Assembly: GCA_963833985.1 (NCBI GenBank)
Contig: CAWIAD010000002.1
Coordinates: 320,001-384,000 of the forward strand
Direction: 5' to 3'
DNA length: 64,000 nucleotides
DNA from: an uncultured Planctomycetaceae bacterium
GTDB taxonomy: Bacteria > Planctomycetota > Planctomycetia > Isosphaerales > Isosphaeraceae
The notes below the pieces were generated by a model, which saw nothing but the letters and a program-made list of their open reading frames with translations, did not search any database and was not told the origin of the DNA. Made by a program: the position numbers and the translations under genes. This document shows, in pieces, positions 53,682 to 64,000 of the stretch (positions are counted from its first letter, which is position 1; each line of letters begins with the position of its first letter).

Positions 53682-53921
53682 GTGTCCGTGGAAGAGCGTG
53701 TGATCGAAATCGTCAGTGAACAGATGGGTGTCTCCAAGGATCAGGTGACCCGGGAGACCTCCTTCATCAACGACCTGGGCGCCGACTCTCTCGACACCGT
53801 GGAACTGGTGATGGAGTTCGAGGAAGAATTCGACATCACCATTCCTGACGAGGAGGCCGAGAAGATCCAGACCGTAGGGCAGGCCATCGATTACATCGAG
53901 CAGCACGCGCATGCCAAGTGA
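53682..53921 (+). CDS. acpP: Acyl carrier protein
   Basis: [14 protein letters not shown]; gaggagg RBS. Confidence 0.98.
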   Translation: MSVEERVIEIVSEQMGVSKDQVTRETSFINDLGADSLDTVELVMEFEEEFDITIPDEEAEKIQTVGQAIDYIEQHAHAK

Positions 53922-53979
53922 GCTGGTACTGCCAGGTTCAGAAACCCCGAAGGCAATGAGTGGATAAGTTGAGAGCGAT

Positions 53980-55239
53980 ATGAGAGATTCGCGGCGCGTC
54001 GTCATCACCGGAATGGGGGTGGTCACGTCGCTGGGGGAAAGCCTGCACTCGTTCTGGGAGGCGCTCTGCGCGGGCCGGAGCGGGGTCGGCCCTTTGACCC
54101 TTTTCGACACGACCGAGTACAAGGTCCATTTCGGCGGCCAGGTGCGTGACTGGGACCCCGTGGCCCGCTTCGGCGTCAAGGAAGCGCGGCACCTGGATCG
54201 CTTCGCGCAGTTCGCGCTGGTGGCCGCCGAGGCCGCAGTGCAGGATGCGGGCATTGACTTCTCCAAGCTATCCCCCGAGCAGTGCGGCGTCTACGTGGGC
54301 TCCGGCATCGGCGGCCTGAGCGAGTTCGAGGCCCAGCACTCCACGATGATCCACAAAGGGCCGTCGCGGATCAGCCCGTTCACCATCCCCAAGCTGATGG
54401 TCAACGCCGGTAGCGGCCAGGTGTCGATTCGCTGGGGACTGCAAGGACCGTGTTCCGCGATCGCGACCGCCTGCGCCTCGGCCTCCAACGCCATCGGAGA
54501 TGCGTACAAGCTGATCCAGTCGAACCACGCCGATGTGATGATCACCGGCGGCAGCGAGGCCGCCATCACGCCCATGGGCCTGGGGGGCTTTGCGGCCATG
54601 CGCGCCCTGTCCACCCGCAACGACGACCCGCCCCGCGCCAGCCGGCCGTTCGACCGCCAGCGCGATGGCTTCGTCATGGGCGAGGGAGCTGGCATCCTCA
54701 TCCTCGAGGCCGAGGAAGTAGCCCTGGCCCGCGGTGCGCGGATCTACGCTGAGGTCCTGGGCTACGGTATGTCCGCCGACGGCTGGCACATCACGGCCCC
54801 CGATGAGGAAGGCCGAGGCGCAGCCCGTGCCATGAGGCGCTGCCTGGCTGACGCAGGTCTTCCCGCGGATGCCGTCGACTACATCAACGCGCACGGCACC
54901 AGCACCCCCCTGGGCGACCTCGCCGAAACGATCGCCATGAAGTGCGTCTTCGACGGCCATGCGCCCAAGCTCCAGATCTCCAGCACCAAGAGCCAGCTCG
55001 GCCATATCCTCGGCGCCTCCGGCGGCGTCGAGCTGATCATCTCCGTCCTGGCGATCCAGACCGGAGTGCTGCCGCCGACCATCAACCTTGAGGAGCCCGG
55101 CGCAGGCTGCGACCTGGACTACATTCCCAACGTCGCCCGCGAAGCCCGAGTGAATCACGCAATGTCCAACAGCTTTGGCTTCGGCGGTCACAACGCCAGC
55201 CTGCTCATCAGCCGCTACACCCCGAAGGGGCAGCGTTGA
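53980..55239 (+). CDS. fabF: Beta-ketoacyl-ACP synthase II
   Basis: TACAS, NAHGTST, KSQLGH, NSFGFGG. Confidence 0.97.
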   Translation: MRDSRRVVITGMGVVTSLGESLHSFWEALCAGRSGVGPLTLFDTTEYKVHFGGQVRDWDPVARFGVKEARHLDRFAQFALVAAEAAVQDAGIDFSKLSPEQCGVYVGSGIGGLSEFEAQHSTMIHKGPSRISPFTIPKLMVNAGSGQVSIRWGLQGPCSAIATACASASNAIGDAYKLIQSNHADVMITGGSEAAITPMGLGGFAAMRALSTRNDDPPRASRPFDRQRDGFVMGEGAGILILEAEEVALARGARIYAEVLGYGMSADGWHITAPDEEGRGAARAMRRCLADAGLPADAVDYINAHGTSTPLGDLAETIAMKCVFDGHAPKLQISSTKSQLGHILGASGGVELIISVLAIQTGVLPPTINLEEPGAGCDLDYIPNVAREARVNHAMSNSFGFGGHNASLLISRYTPKGQR

Positions 55240-55326
55240 ACCGATTGCCCAGACGCCGGCTCCGCGAAGGCCGCCGAGCCGTCGGGTACCAGCCGAACGA
55301 CCTGCGGCGGAATGGGGCTACGAGTT

Positions 55327-55773
55327 TCACTGGGTGAGAATCTCGTCGAGGAGGGTAATTGGCAGACCTTCGATTGTGTGGAAGCCCCTGTCATTGGTGA
55401 TCAGGAGCGAAACACCCTGGACCTGGGCCGTTGCCGCGTGCAAAGCATCGGGCGTTCGAAGGCCAAGGTTGGATCCCCGTAGACGAGCTGCGGCCCTCAA
55501 AACCGCCGGAGTCATTGCAATCATCCGGATGCCAGGAAACTGGAGAAACTCCTCGTAATCGGCCTCCAGTTTCGTATCGCCCCGCCTGATTGGGCCGACC
55601 AGCACTTCCATCAAGGTCAATTCACTCGTGACGACATGAACTGCTCCAGCAGACACCGCGGCCCAGAGTGGCTTGAGCAGAGGAGAATAAACTGGATGTT
55701 GCTCCACAGTATAAATGCAGACCTGGGTATCAACGTAAACCGGCCCGGTCGCTGGTAGGATCAACGATCCCAT
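55327..55773 (-). CDS. vapC: PIN-domain (VapC-like) toxin
   Basis: YVDTQ, SELTLMEV, TPDALHAATA, ITND. Confidence 0.88.
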   Translation of the reverse strand: MGSLILPATGPVYVDTQVCIYTVEQHPVYSPLLKPLWAAVSAGAVHVVTSELTLMEVLVGPIRRGDTKLEADYEEFLQFPGIRMIAMTPAVLRAAARLRGSNLGLRTPDALHAATAQVQGVSLLITNDRGFHTIEGLPITLLDEILTQ

Positions 55774-56030
55774 GCGTCGCGTTCCTCCTGGAACCGACGT
55801 TCGACCTCTTCCCAGCTCGGCGCACTGCGCGGCCCATGCGGCAGCCGGTCGAGGAATTCGAGCAGCGACCGACGCGTGGCTGGCTCGGCCCGATGCGGGA
55901 CAACGATGACATCAACTTGCTGCCCTTCCCGGAACTCCGGCACGCTGATCTCGATACGACGCCCCGCCTGGACTTCAGCCGTCACGCGAAGTGCGTCGCG
56001 CAAATCGCCGCTGGTCACATCCACGCTCAT
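55761..56030 (-). CDS. Putative antitoxin
   Basis: Small ORF directly upstream of and overlapping the PIN gene; EERDAWDR tail. Confidence 0.7.
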   Translation of the reverse strand: MSVDVTSGDLRDALRVTAEVQAGRRIEISVPEFREGQQVDVIVVPHRAEPATRRSLLEFLDRLPHGPRSAPSWEEVERRFQEERDAWDR

Positions 56031-56263
56031 TCCCCTGATACGGACCTGAAAGAAATAGTCTCGCATATTGGCCCCCGGGAATCCATTCGGGATTGCGTCG
56101 AGTGCAGCGGATGACGCACCAGCGAGATTCCACCGCGGATGGACTCGGATTTCCACTTTTTCCCGATGCTCGACCCTCCTCCGGAATTATTCTCGCGCGA
56201 TGGAGACTCTCCACGCTCGGATCACGCTGTGTGGGGAAAACATCTTTACCCGGAGGCCCGCAC

Positions 56264-56743
56264 ATGGCGATCGATCCCGAGCGCGTCAAAGCCCTGTTCC
56301 TCCAGGCCATCGAGCGGAGTGATCCCACCGACCGGCGGACGTTTCTCGACTTCGAGGTTGGCGACGACCCCGCGCTCCGCAGCCGGCTCGACGCGCACGG
56401 CACCAGTACCCCCCTGGGCGACCTCGCCGAAACGATCGCCATGAAGTGCGTCTTCGACGGCCATGCGCCCAAGCTCCAGATCTCCAGTACCAAGAGCCAG
56501 CTCGGCCGTATCCTCGGCGCCTCCGGCGGCGTCGAGCTGATCATCTCCGCCCTGGCGATCCAGACCGGAGTGCTGCCGCCGACCATCAACCTTGAGGAGC
56601 CCGGCGCAGGCTGCGACCTGGACTACATTCCCAACGTCGCCCGCGAAGCCCGGGTGAATCACGCAATGTCCAACAGCTTTGGCTTCGGCGGTCACAACGC
56701 CAGCCTGCTCATCAGTCGCTACACCCCGAACAGCCGGAATTGA
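56264..56743 (+). pseudogene. Chimera of a Ser/Thr kinase N-terminal leader and a fabF C-terminal copy
   Basis: ggagg RBS; MAIDPERVKALFLQA..LRSRLD joined in frame to AHGTST..FGFGG. Confidence 0.8.
56391..56730 (+). repeat. 340-bp direct repeat of the fabF 3' end (copy of 54887-55226)
   Basis: Direct comparison by eye shows 6 substitutions, all transitions. Confidence 0.95.
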
Positions 56744-57370
56744 GCTGTCCCGCCCCGTCCGTCTTGCAGGCTCATCCCCTGGAGTGCCCCCCCCGTCGCA
56801 TGTTTCCCCACCGGAGAACTGAGGCTGCCGCCAGCTTTCTCCCCCGGTCGAACCTCCGGTTTGTGGAACGGCCATCTCCGCATCGCCGCTCGGTCGGCCA
56901 CCGCGAGACGACCGCTCTCGTCTTGTCGATCACCACAGCAGTCGCATGTGTGTTCCTCCGAGCAGACCGCTGGCCCCACTGGTGAGCCGACTCGTGGGTC
57001 GGGCGGTACATCAGATCGCATCCGGTGAAATAATCCGCCCGGCTTTGCGTAGTGATGTGCAGAGGAATGGCGCGACAGCGAAAGGCCATTTCCTCTCCCG
57101 ATAAGATCGGGAAACGCCATCGGCCTCGCGTCATGGCCATGCGGAATGGCCAGACAAGCCTCATGACCGATTAACGCTATTCACATCTGCACACGTGCAG
57201 AGCAACGGTGAGGGAGCGCCGCGGTTGCCGTGACGGACCGCTCTTGCACAGCGCCGGAGTGTTGCCGCACCCCGGCGCTGCGTCCCAAGGCCGGTGCGCA
57301 ACCATCCGCTTTCCATCGGAGGTCGGCGATGGTGCGCGCCCCATCCGGGCCAACGCCCAGAGGAAGATTC

Positions 57371-57568
57371 ATGATCGCGCGCCCTAACCTGAGAAGGAAG
57401 TACCGTCCCTGCTGCGAGCCGCTCGAGTGCAAGCAACTGCCATCGACGGTCATGCCGGCCGCCGGCGTGTTGCCCAGCCCGCCGATCGTAGCGACGGTGT
57501 CCCGGCCACCCCAGCTCGATGAGTCTCCCTGCGGCACCGGCCAGGGTATCATCATCATCACGTCGTGA
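57371..57568 (+). CDS. 65-aa peptide with a planctomycete LEPR-XLL-like export leader
   Basis: LRRKYRPCCEPLECKQLPS leader; agagga RBS; ends PCGTGQGIIIITS. Confidence 0.6.
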   Translation: MIARPNLRRKYRPCCEPLECKQLPSTVMPAAGVLPSPPIVATVSRPPQLDESPCGTGQGIIIITS

Positions 57569-57571
57569 CGG

Positions 57572-60142
57572 TCAGCGGCCGAGCCGATCCAGTCGGTTCT
57601 TGAGCGTGTCCAGCCTGACCTTGTCGGCGATCCGTGACGGATCGAGCGCGACGGCCCGACCAAGGTTCTCCGCGGCTTGCGCGAGGGTCCTTCGACTCTC
57701 GCGCGCCCGCTCCTGGCGTTCCTCGACCTGACCCCTGAGCGCGAGCACCTGACCAAGCAGACTGAGGTACTGGGGGTTTTCCGGAGACTGCTTCCTGGCG
57801 TGCTCGCGGAGCAACTCCTCGAGACCGTTTCGCGCGGTCTCACAGTTCTGGTAGGCCACCGCAAGCCGGCCCTGGGCGAGACAGACGCTGCCCTGACCCA
57901 GCAGCGTTGCGGCCAGTTGCTCTCGGTAGTGCGGGATCAGTCGATGCCGCTTGACCAGGGTGGAGAGAATCTCCGCCGCCTGGTCAAAGCATTCGGCGGA
58001 CTCGGCCCGCCGCGCCGGGTTGCGGGCGAGCAGGTCGCCACGCTGATTGGAAATCACAGCGAGCTGGAATTGGGCGTCCTCGAATTGATCCTTGCCCTGG
58101 AGGATCCGGTGCGCACACCGAGCGGCGGCTTCCAGATCGGCCGTGGCGTCTTCGAGCCGGCCGATCTCTTTCGAGGCCGCAGCCCGATCGGTCAGTGCCA
58201 TTGACAGCAGCCACAGATCTCGGGCGGGGCGTGTCGAATCCGGGTCCGCGGCGAGCCTGCGCAGCAAGTCCGCAGCCTGATCGGCGGCCGCGCACGCCAC
58301 CGAGAATTCGTTCTTCAGCGTCAGGATCTCGGAGAAATTGATCCATACCGAGGCCTTCGCTCGCTTGTGGTCGCTCGGGGAGCCCGCCAGCACGTACAGT
58401 TTCTTGGCCTCTGCGATGGCTGCCTGGAACTGTTCTTCCGCGCCGCGCACCCTGCCGTTCATGTGGAATAACTCACCGCAGTCCGTGTACGTTTCCACCA
58501 GCCAGCGGCGGTAATTTTGCTCTCCCGGATGCTCCTGAGCTAGCCCGGTCAAGATTTCGATCGCCGTCCTGTAATGCTCCAGTGCGTCGTGGAACTGGCC
58601 AGTGATCCGTCCTATGCCAGCGATCACTCGGTGCACGAGAGCCGTCTCGAGACGCACTCCCGGGTCCGCAGGGAACTTCTCGCCAAGCTGCCGATACCGA
58701 TCAAGCACCTTCTCGGCAAGATACGAGCGGAGTCTTTCGGTATTGGGCAAGAAAGCCAGGTTCTCCCCGGAGAGCGTCAGCAGTTCGCGGAGCGCATCGC
58801 GCGTCATGTCGAGCTGATCCGCGGTCCGGACCTGTTCGCGGCTGATCCGCACATCGGCGATGGCCAGAACCGACACAGAGATCACCAGGAGCGCAGTCGC
58901 GGCCGCCACCCAGGGCTTGTGGCGGCGAACCCAGCGCCCTGCGCGAGCAAGGAGCGGATCGCGATGCACGGTCACCGGTTGATCGGCCAGCCACCGCTCG
59001 ATCTCCTCGCCCAGTTCCTCGGCCGATTCGTAGCGATCCTCTGGAGCGAGGTTCATCGCCTTGCGGCAGACTGCCTCGAGCGCGGCCGGCACGAGCGGAT
59101 TCACCTGCCGGGGCCGGGGTAGGTCCCCCTCGATAAGCTTCGGCAGGATGACCGTTTCGTCGCTGCCCGGAAATGGCGGAGTGCCCGTCAGCAGGGTATA
59201 GAGCGTGGCGCCCAGGCTGTAAATGTCGCTTGCCGGGCCGGCATCCGCGGACCGTCCCGCCGCCTGCTCGGGACTCATGTAGGCGGTCGTTCCCATCGTT
59301 GCGCCGGACCCTGTGAGCCTTGATCCGGTCCGCACGGGACGCTGGATCAGGAGGGAATCGGCGTCCGTATCCGGCGCGCAGCCAGCGACCCTGGCCAGTC
59401 CCCAGTCGATCACCAGGGTTTCGCCGTATTCGTCGAGCACGATGTTCTCGGGTTTGATGTCGCGATGAACCACGCCCCGACTGTGAGCAAAGGCCATCGT
59501 ATTGCACACGTCGACAAACCGCGCCAGCAGCCGGCGCAGTTCCAGAGTGCGTCCGTCGGCGTCTCGCGACCGGCCATGACTCTGATGGAACTTCCTGATG
59601 GCCTCGTGCAAACTCATGCCAGCAATGAAGTGCATCGCGTAATACGGCCGACCTCGTGCGCAATACCCCAGTGCGTAGACAGCGGGGATTCCCCGGTGGA
59701 CCAGGGTTCCGGTCACCCGGGCCTCGTAGAGAAAGCGATCCTGATACGCGGGATCGTCGGCATAGGCTTCTTTGAGTCGCTTGAGAGCGACCATACGCTC
59801 GAGCTCGGTATCCTCGGCAATCCAAACCTCTCCATGGCCCCCGTCTTTGTGGCGGTTTACCAGACGAAAACGCGAGTCGAGAGCTGTGTGCGTCGCCGGG
59901 GCAGGCTGGGGACAGGTCACGGCCCCGGGCGCGTCTTGCGACTCATCTTGACCGGCAAGCTCCTCCCCGCGCATCCCGGGGAACCCGGCTGTTGTGACGT
60001 CCTCGATCGGGCGCCCGGGCACGGGAGACTGCTTCTGGATGAGCTTTTGAACCAGTTGATCAAGTACCTCTTCGTTGTCCATGGGTTCTCGCGGCTGGAC
60101 AACATGCTGGCTCTCGGTTCTGTCCCTCAGGATACTGTCCAT
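57572..60142 (-). CDS. Hanks-type Ser/Thr kinase with TM helix and TPR repeats
   Basis: GGHGEV, VALK, HRDIKPEN, DWG, YMSPE, DIYSLG; TM helix; helical repeats. Confidence 0.93.
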   Translation of the reverse strand: MDSILRDRTESQHVVQPREPMDNEEVLDQLVQKLIQKQSPVPGRPIEDVTTAGFPGMRGEELAGQDESQDAPGAVTCPQPAPATHTALDSRFRLVNRHKDGGHGEVWIAEDTELERMVALKRLKEAYADDPAYQDRFLYEARVTGTLVHRGIPAVYALGYCARGRPYYAMHFIAGMSLHEAIRKFHQSHGRSRDADGRTLELRRLLARFVDVCNTMAFAHSRGVVHRDIKPENIVLDEYGETLVIDWGLARVAGCAPDTDADSLLIQRPVRTGSRLTGSGATMGTTAYMSPEQAAGRSADAGPASDIYSLGATLYTLLTGTPPFPGSDETVILPKLIEGDLPRPRQVNPLVPAALEAVCRKAMNLAPEDRYESAEELGEEIERWLADQPVTVHRDPLLARAGRWVRRHKPWVAAATALLVISVSVLAIADVRISREQVRTADQLDMTRDALRELLTLSGENLAFLPNTERLRSYLAEKVLDRYRQLGEKFPADPGVRLETALVHRVIAGIGRITGQFHDALEHYRTAIEILTGLAQEHPGEQNYRRWLVETYTDCGELFHMNGRVRGAEEQFQAAIAEAKKLYVLAGSPSDHKRAKASVWINFSEILTLKNEFSVACAAADQAADLLRRLAADPDSTRPARDLWLLSMALTDRAAASKEIGRLEDATADLEAAARCAHRILQGKDQFEDAQFQLAVISNQRGDLLARNPARRAESAECFDQAAEILSTLVKRHRLIPHYREQLAATLLGQGSVCLAQGRLAVAYQNCETARNGLEELLREHARKQSPENPQYLSLLGQVLALRGQVEERQERARESRRTLAQAAENLGRAVALDPSRIADKVRLDTLKNRLDRLGR

Positions 60143-60517
60143 GGGAAGACCCCTTGAAGGCCGTGGCGGCGCTGACCTGGATCAGTCGCGCGGGATCTGA
60201 AGAGAAAAAGCCCACTGAAGTTTTGCCAACTCCTCGGTATCACCGAGGGACCTGGAGCACGAGGATCGAACCCGGAAACCTGCGGCCTCCAGAAGGCGAA
60301 TGGTTGCAATACCGAGCCTGACTGTTCTGGTTCTCGAGAATTCGAACTGACACAAGTGACCGATTGACCCGAGAGGCGCTAATCTGGAACGGAGCTCGCA
60401 CTTTCTTTGCAAGGTTCAGGACGATGGTGCGTAGACGAGAAGGTTGGACAGCCGAGCTTCAGCGTGTGGTTGTCAAGTAAACGCCGGTACATGATCGTCC
60501 CGGACGAGGTGCTTCCC

Positions 60518-61174
60518 ATGAATTTCCATTCCACGCATTATGATACCAGGCGAAGACTCGCGGCAGAAATGAAAACACGTAGCTCGGTCATACTGGGGGT
60601 CCGCCAGCGCGATCCCGAACGCTGGCGGCAGTTTGACCAGATCTACCGCCCCATCCTCTCCGCCTACTTTCACAAGCGTAATCTGAACGATCATGATACC
60701 GATGAGCTGATTCAGATGATCTACTTCAAGCTCTTGTTCAAGATCGATACCTACGATCCGGCAAGGTGCCGCTTCCGGGCCTGGCTGTTCAGCGTCGCGC
60801 ACCACCAGTTCATCGACTGGATCCGGCGTCGCAAGAGTTACGATGACAAGCTCAAGAACTGGGCGGCTCATATGCTCGGGGAGCTGGAAAACAGAGCCAG
60901 CGAGCTCGAGGAAGAGTTCAGCCTGATCCACCAGAGCAGCATCCTCAAGTACGCAATGCGCGTCGTCCGGGCCGAGGTGAAATCTCATGTCTGGGCCTGC
61001 TTTGTCGGCCGGTTGCTACAGGATCGTCCCGCCCGGGAGATCGCCAGCGAGCTGGGGTTCAAGAACCATGATCTCGTTTTCGTTCATGCCTCCCGCGTAT
61101 TCCGCAAGGTACGCGAGCTGTGCGAAGAATTTGACGAGAAGATCACCGCCGATCTCAGGCCGGAGCCGGAATGA
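60518..61174 (+). CDS. ECF sigma-70 factor, paralogue of 42432-43043
   Basis: GVRQRDPERWRQFDQIYRP, CRFRAWLF, VWACFV; gaggtg RBS. Confidence 0.87.
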   Translation: MNFHSTHYDTRRRLAAEMKTRSSVILGVRQRDPERWRQFDQIYRPILSAYFHKRNLNDHDTDELIQMIYFKLLFKIDTYDPARCRFRAWLFSVAHHQFIDWIRRRKSYDDKLKNWAAHMLGELENRASELEEEFSLIHQSSILKYAMRVVRAEVKSHVWACFVGRLLQDRPAREIASELGFKNHDLVFVHASRVFRKVRELCEEFDEKITADLRPEPE

Positions 61175-61407
61175 ACGCGCAGGGGATCGCGACATCCCCC
61201 CGGTGAACCGCGAGTACCGGTTCTCGCCGTTCAGCCAGCACGGAGAGCCGATCATTGAAGTCGAGCCGCCGTGGATTGGAGATGCCAGGCGACTTACAGA
61301 TCGCTGCGGAGCGAACCCTTTGATATCAAGCGTGCCTGACGCACTTCGATGATGAGCCGCCGATCTCCGCTACGCTCGCTGACCCTCGGCTCGACGCCGC
61401 CGGGATC

Positions 61408-61593
61408 ATGCTGCCGTCCAGAGCGATGAGGGAGATCGAGCGCCGCGAGGTCGCGCTTGCACGGTATCGTCTCTTCGCCGGGCTGTCGATCGACGAGGCC
61501 GCACGAGCGCAGGGGATCTCTCGCGCGACGGCCCTCCGCGATTGGGCCTACGCCCGGTCGTCGCTGGCCACCGCGCTCGATTCAGTGCGATGA
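61408..61593 (+). pseudogene. Region-4 fragment of an ECF-type sigma factor
   Basis: LFAGLSIDEAA..GISRATA.RDWAYAR with no region 2. Confidence 0.65.
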
Positions 61594-61678
61594 GCGGGAC
61601 GTTCCGGGGTTTGAGATCTTACCAGCACTCGAGGGGTAAAATTTCAATCTGGTCGCGCATTCCTTACCATTGAATCTT

Positions 61679-61740
61679 CATGGCACGATTGGAATCGTAC
61701 CCCACGAAATGGCATGGCACGATTGGAATCGTACCCCACG
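61679..61740. repeat. Two tandem 28-bp REP-like palindromic units
   Basis: catggcacgattggaatcgtaccccacg at 61679 and 61713; minus strand begins GTGG. Confidence 0.8.
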
Positions 61741-61753
61741 CGGGAACGGCTCA

Positions 61754-64000
61754 TCAGACGGAGATGTTCGGGACCGCCATCCGTTCACGCCGGGCGGGCT
61801 GGGAGTGCCTGGGGGCAAGAACCTCGCGTGATCGGCGCAGCAGCCAGTGGCCGCAAGGGACGAGCAGAGGACGGACCAGCAAGGCATCAACGGTGATGCC
61901 AACCACCAGGGCAAACCCGAGTTGCCGCAACGAGGCTCAGAGGGCTCGAGAGAAAGGACGCGAAGCTGCATGCCGTGATCGCCGCGGCCGAACTGATCAG
62001 GCCGCCCGTCCCGCCGATCGCGCGAACGATTCCGCCCCGGAAGCCGTGACGATGCGTCTCTTCCTGGAGCCGGGTCATGAGGAAGACGTTGTAATCGACT
62101 CCGACGGCGACGAGCAACACGAAGAGAAAGTAAGGAACTTTCCAGTCCAGGCCCTCTGCGCCCAGGGCGGTCACGAAGAGGAGGTGCGTCGCCCCCAGGG
62201 CAAACGCGTAGGTCAGCACCATGGTGGCGACGAGGTTGAAGCACGACCAGGGATCACGCAGGGCGACCAGCAGGACGAGGAACACGCCGATGGGCACGAC
62301 GAACCAGCTTTGCACCTGGTCGGAGTAGGTGAGCGCGCGGATGTCGGCCTGCTCCGCGTTGGCACCAGCGATCGAGGCGGTGACATGTAGTCCCTCGTAC
62401 TCGCTCAGATATTCTTTGAGCCGCCTTCGTAATGTCTCTACCTGATCCATCGACGGGTCGGAGAAGACCCGGTTCGACTGGGTCAAATCGATGCGCGCCT
62501 GCCGGCCGTCGGGCGTGATGTAGACATCGAAGCTCTTCAGCAGCTCGGGGTTGTCGCGCACCGTTTCCGGCGTGATCAGCAAACGATCCAGAACGCGCTG
62601 GCCGACCGGATCGTTGAGAATCGCCGTGACCTCGTGGTGAGCGCGCTCTGCACCCCTGGCAATTTGCTCGGCGCCGTCGGCAGCGCGCGTCAGCTCGGCA
62701 AGCAGGGTTTCGGCCGGAACTGCTGGCCGTGTGAGCGCAGGGGCTGTTCCGGCGGCCGCGTGTGTTCGCTCATGCTCCGCGCCGGACCGACGGGTCGGAG
62801 CTGCCGGCGGGAGCCGCGGAGCGGGCACCCGGAATCGAACCGGTGTTTTCGCCGGCACCGGCCACCAGGGTGAATGCCTTGCCCAGCCCGGCGAGATCCC
62901 ATGGAGGAACGCCCTGGGTGAGTGAAAGCGCCGCGGATGCGCCCCTGAGGCCGGAAGCAAGCGCGGAGGCCGGCGCAACGGACGGACTTGCGGGAGTTGC
63001 TTGCGGGGCCTTTTCCGGAGCGTCGTGACCTGCGGTCTTCGCCGGCCTGCCACGTCCGGCTGTGCCCGTCAGGTTCATGCCGGTCTGCTGCTCCAGCCAG
63101 ACGACGGCGCGGAGCTTCGCCGAACCTTCGATCAGTCCCTGGTTGAGTTGCCTGGCTCCATCGGCAAGCTGGCGAAAGCCATGGTTCACCTCGCCCAGCC
63201 GCGATACCAGCCTGGCGCGATTCAGGAGCTCGGGACTGCCCAGCGGCTGGGTTGCCGAACGGACCTCGGCCAGGCGCCGCTGGTGCGAGAGCAGCCGGCT
63301 CACGTCGTCGATGAGCGTCAGACCCTCGGACCGCCGCAGGTCCGTGTCCGATTCCAGCACGATGGTCAGCGGAGCGGCCATTCCGGAGCCGAACTTCGAG
63401 GCCATCAGCAGCAGGTTCTCGCCTGACTTCGTGTGCCGGGGAAGTTCGGCCAGCAGATCCATCGTGAAGTGGCTGCGCAATCCCAGCGCGGCCAGGGGCA
63501 GCAGCGCCACCAACGTGAACGCCCAGCTGCGCAGGGGCGCGCCATGGCCGCTTGCCCCAGCTTGAACCAGAAGCCGCCCGATGGCTGGGAGAACCGGTCG
63601 AACGAACCGGGACGCCAGCGCGCCAGCAGCACCAGCAGTGAAGGCGTGAGGGTGAGCGTCGCCAGCAGGGAGAGGGCCAGGCCCAGGGCCACGCTCGGTC
63701 CGGTGGTCGAGAAGAGCTTGAATCGGGTCGTGCCCATGAGCGCAAGACCGATGATGATCGTCCCGGCGCTTGTCACCAGCGGCATGAACGAGCGGCTCAG
63801 CGTCTGCCTCATCACGCCCGCCGGGTTTTCGGCATTGAAGTGCTCGGCGAACCTCCAGGAAAGGAAGAGGCAGAAGTCGGTCCCGGTACCGAAGAGGAGT
63901 GCGACGAGGAAAAGCTCGACCAGCGGCGAGAGTTCCCAGCCCGCCTTGCTCAACCACGCCAGCAGCCCACGCGCGATGATCAGGCTGATGCCAATCGTCG
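61754..64000 (-). CDS. MMPL (RND superfamily) transporter, 5' end outside the window; frameshifts near 63535, 62780 and 61935
   Basis: GTGTDFCLFL and AVGVDYNVFLMTR TM motifs; GGLISSAAAI; DALLVRPLLVP. Confidence 0.85.

Noticed and set aside
54887..56730. fabF repeat as a diversity-generating retroelement TR/VR pair
   Set aside because: Differences are mixed transitions, not adenine-specific, and there is no reverse transcriptase in the window.
60384..60401. Possible sigma-54 promoter (GG-N10-GC) before the ECF gene
   Set aside because: Two mismatches to consensus; likely to occur by chance at this GC.

Overview
GC-rich bacterial window whose gene content points to Planctomycetota, probably Isosphaeraceae-like (inferred from DUF4058, Uma2, ECF sigma/Ser-Thr kinase pairs, an orphan FlgI-like protein and a LEPR-XLL-type leader). 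Housekeeping blocks: moaC-polyprenyl synthase; ffs(SRP RNA)-dnaX-ybaB-recR-rpoN; plsX-fabD-fabG-acpP-fabF. Also present are two GH51 arabinofuranosidases (one fused to an esterase and two malectin-like repeats), an ABC-type ATPase + DUF4276 pair, a histidine kinase/REC-PP2C pair, a complete 1740-bp ISKra4-like IS with a 9-bp target duplication, a VapBC-like module, an M16 peptidase and an MMPL transporter. About a dozen single-base frameshifts in otherwise intact genes suggest long-read indel errors. Most interesting: (1) a 37.4-42.5 kb shuffled zone where gene fragments end at stuttered GT/GGCCCC-type repeat junctions beside a RAYT-like transposase remnant, flanking an uncharacterised low-GC pair of secreted proteins; (2) an A9 / A-AAA-AAG recoding signal in dnaX; (3) a diverged 340-bp duplication of the fabF 3' end bracketing a toxin-antitoxin module; (4) a candidate multi-hairpin RNA upstream of a conserved HTH-REC regulator. 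All family calls come from motif recognition, not database searches.
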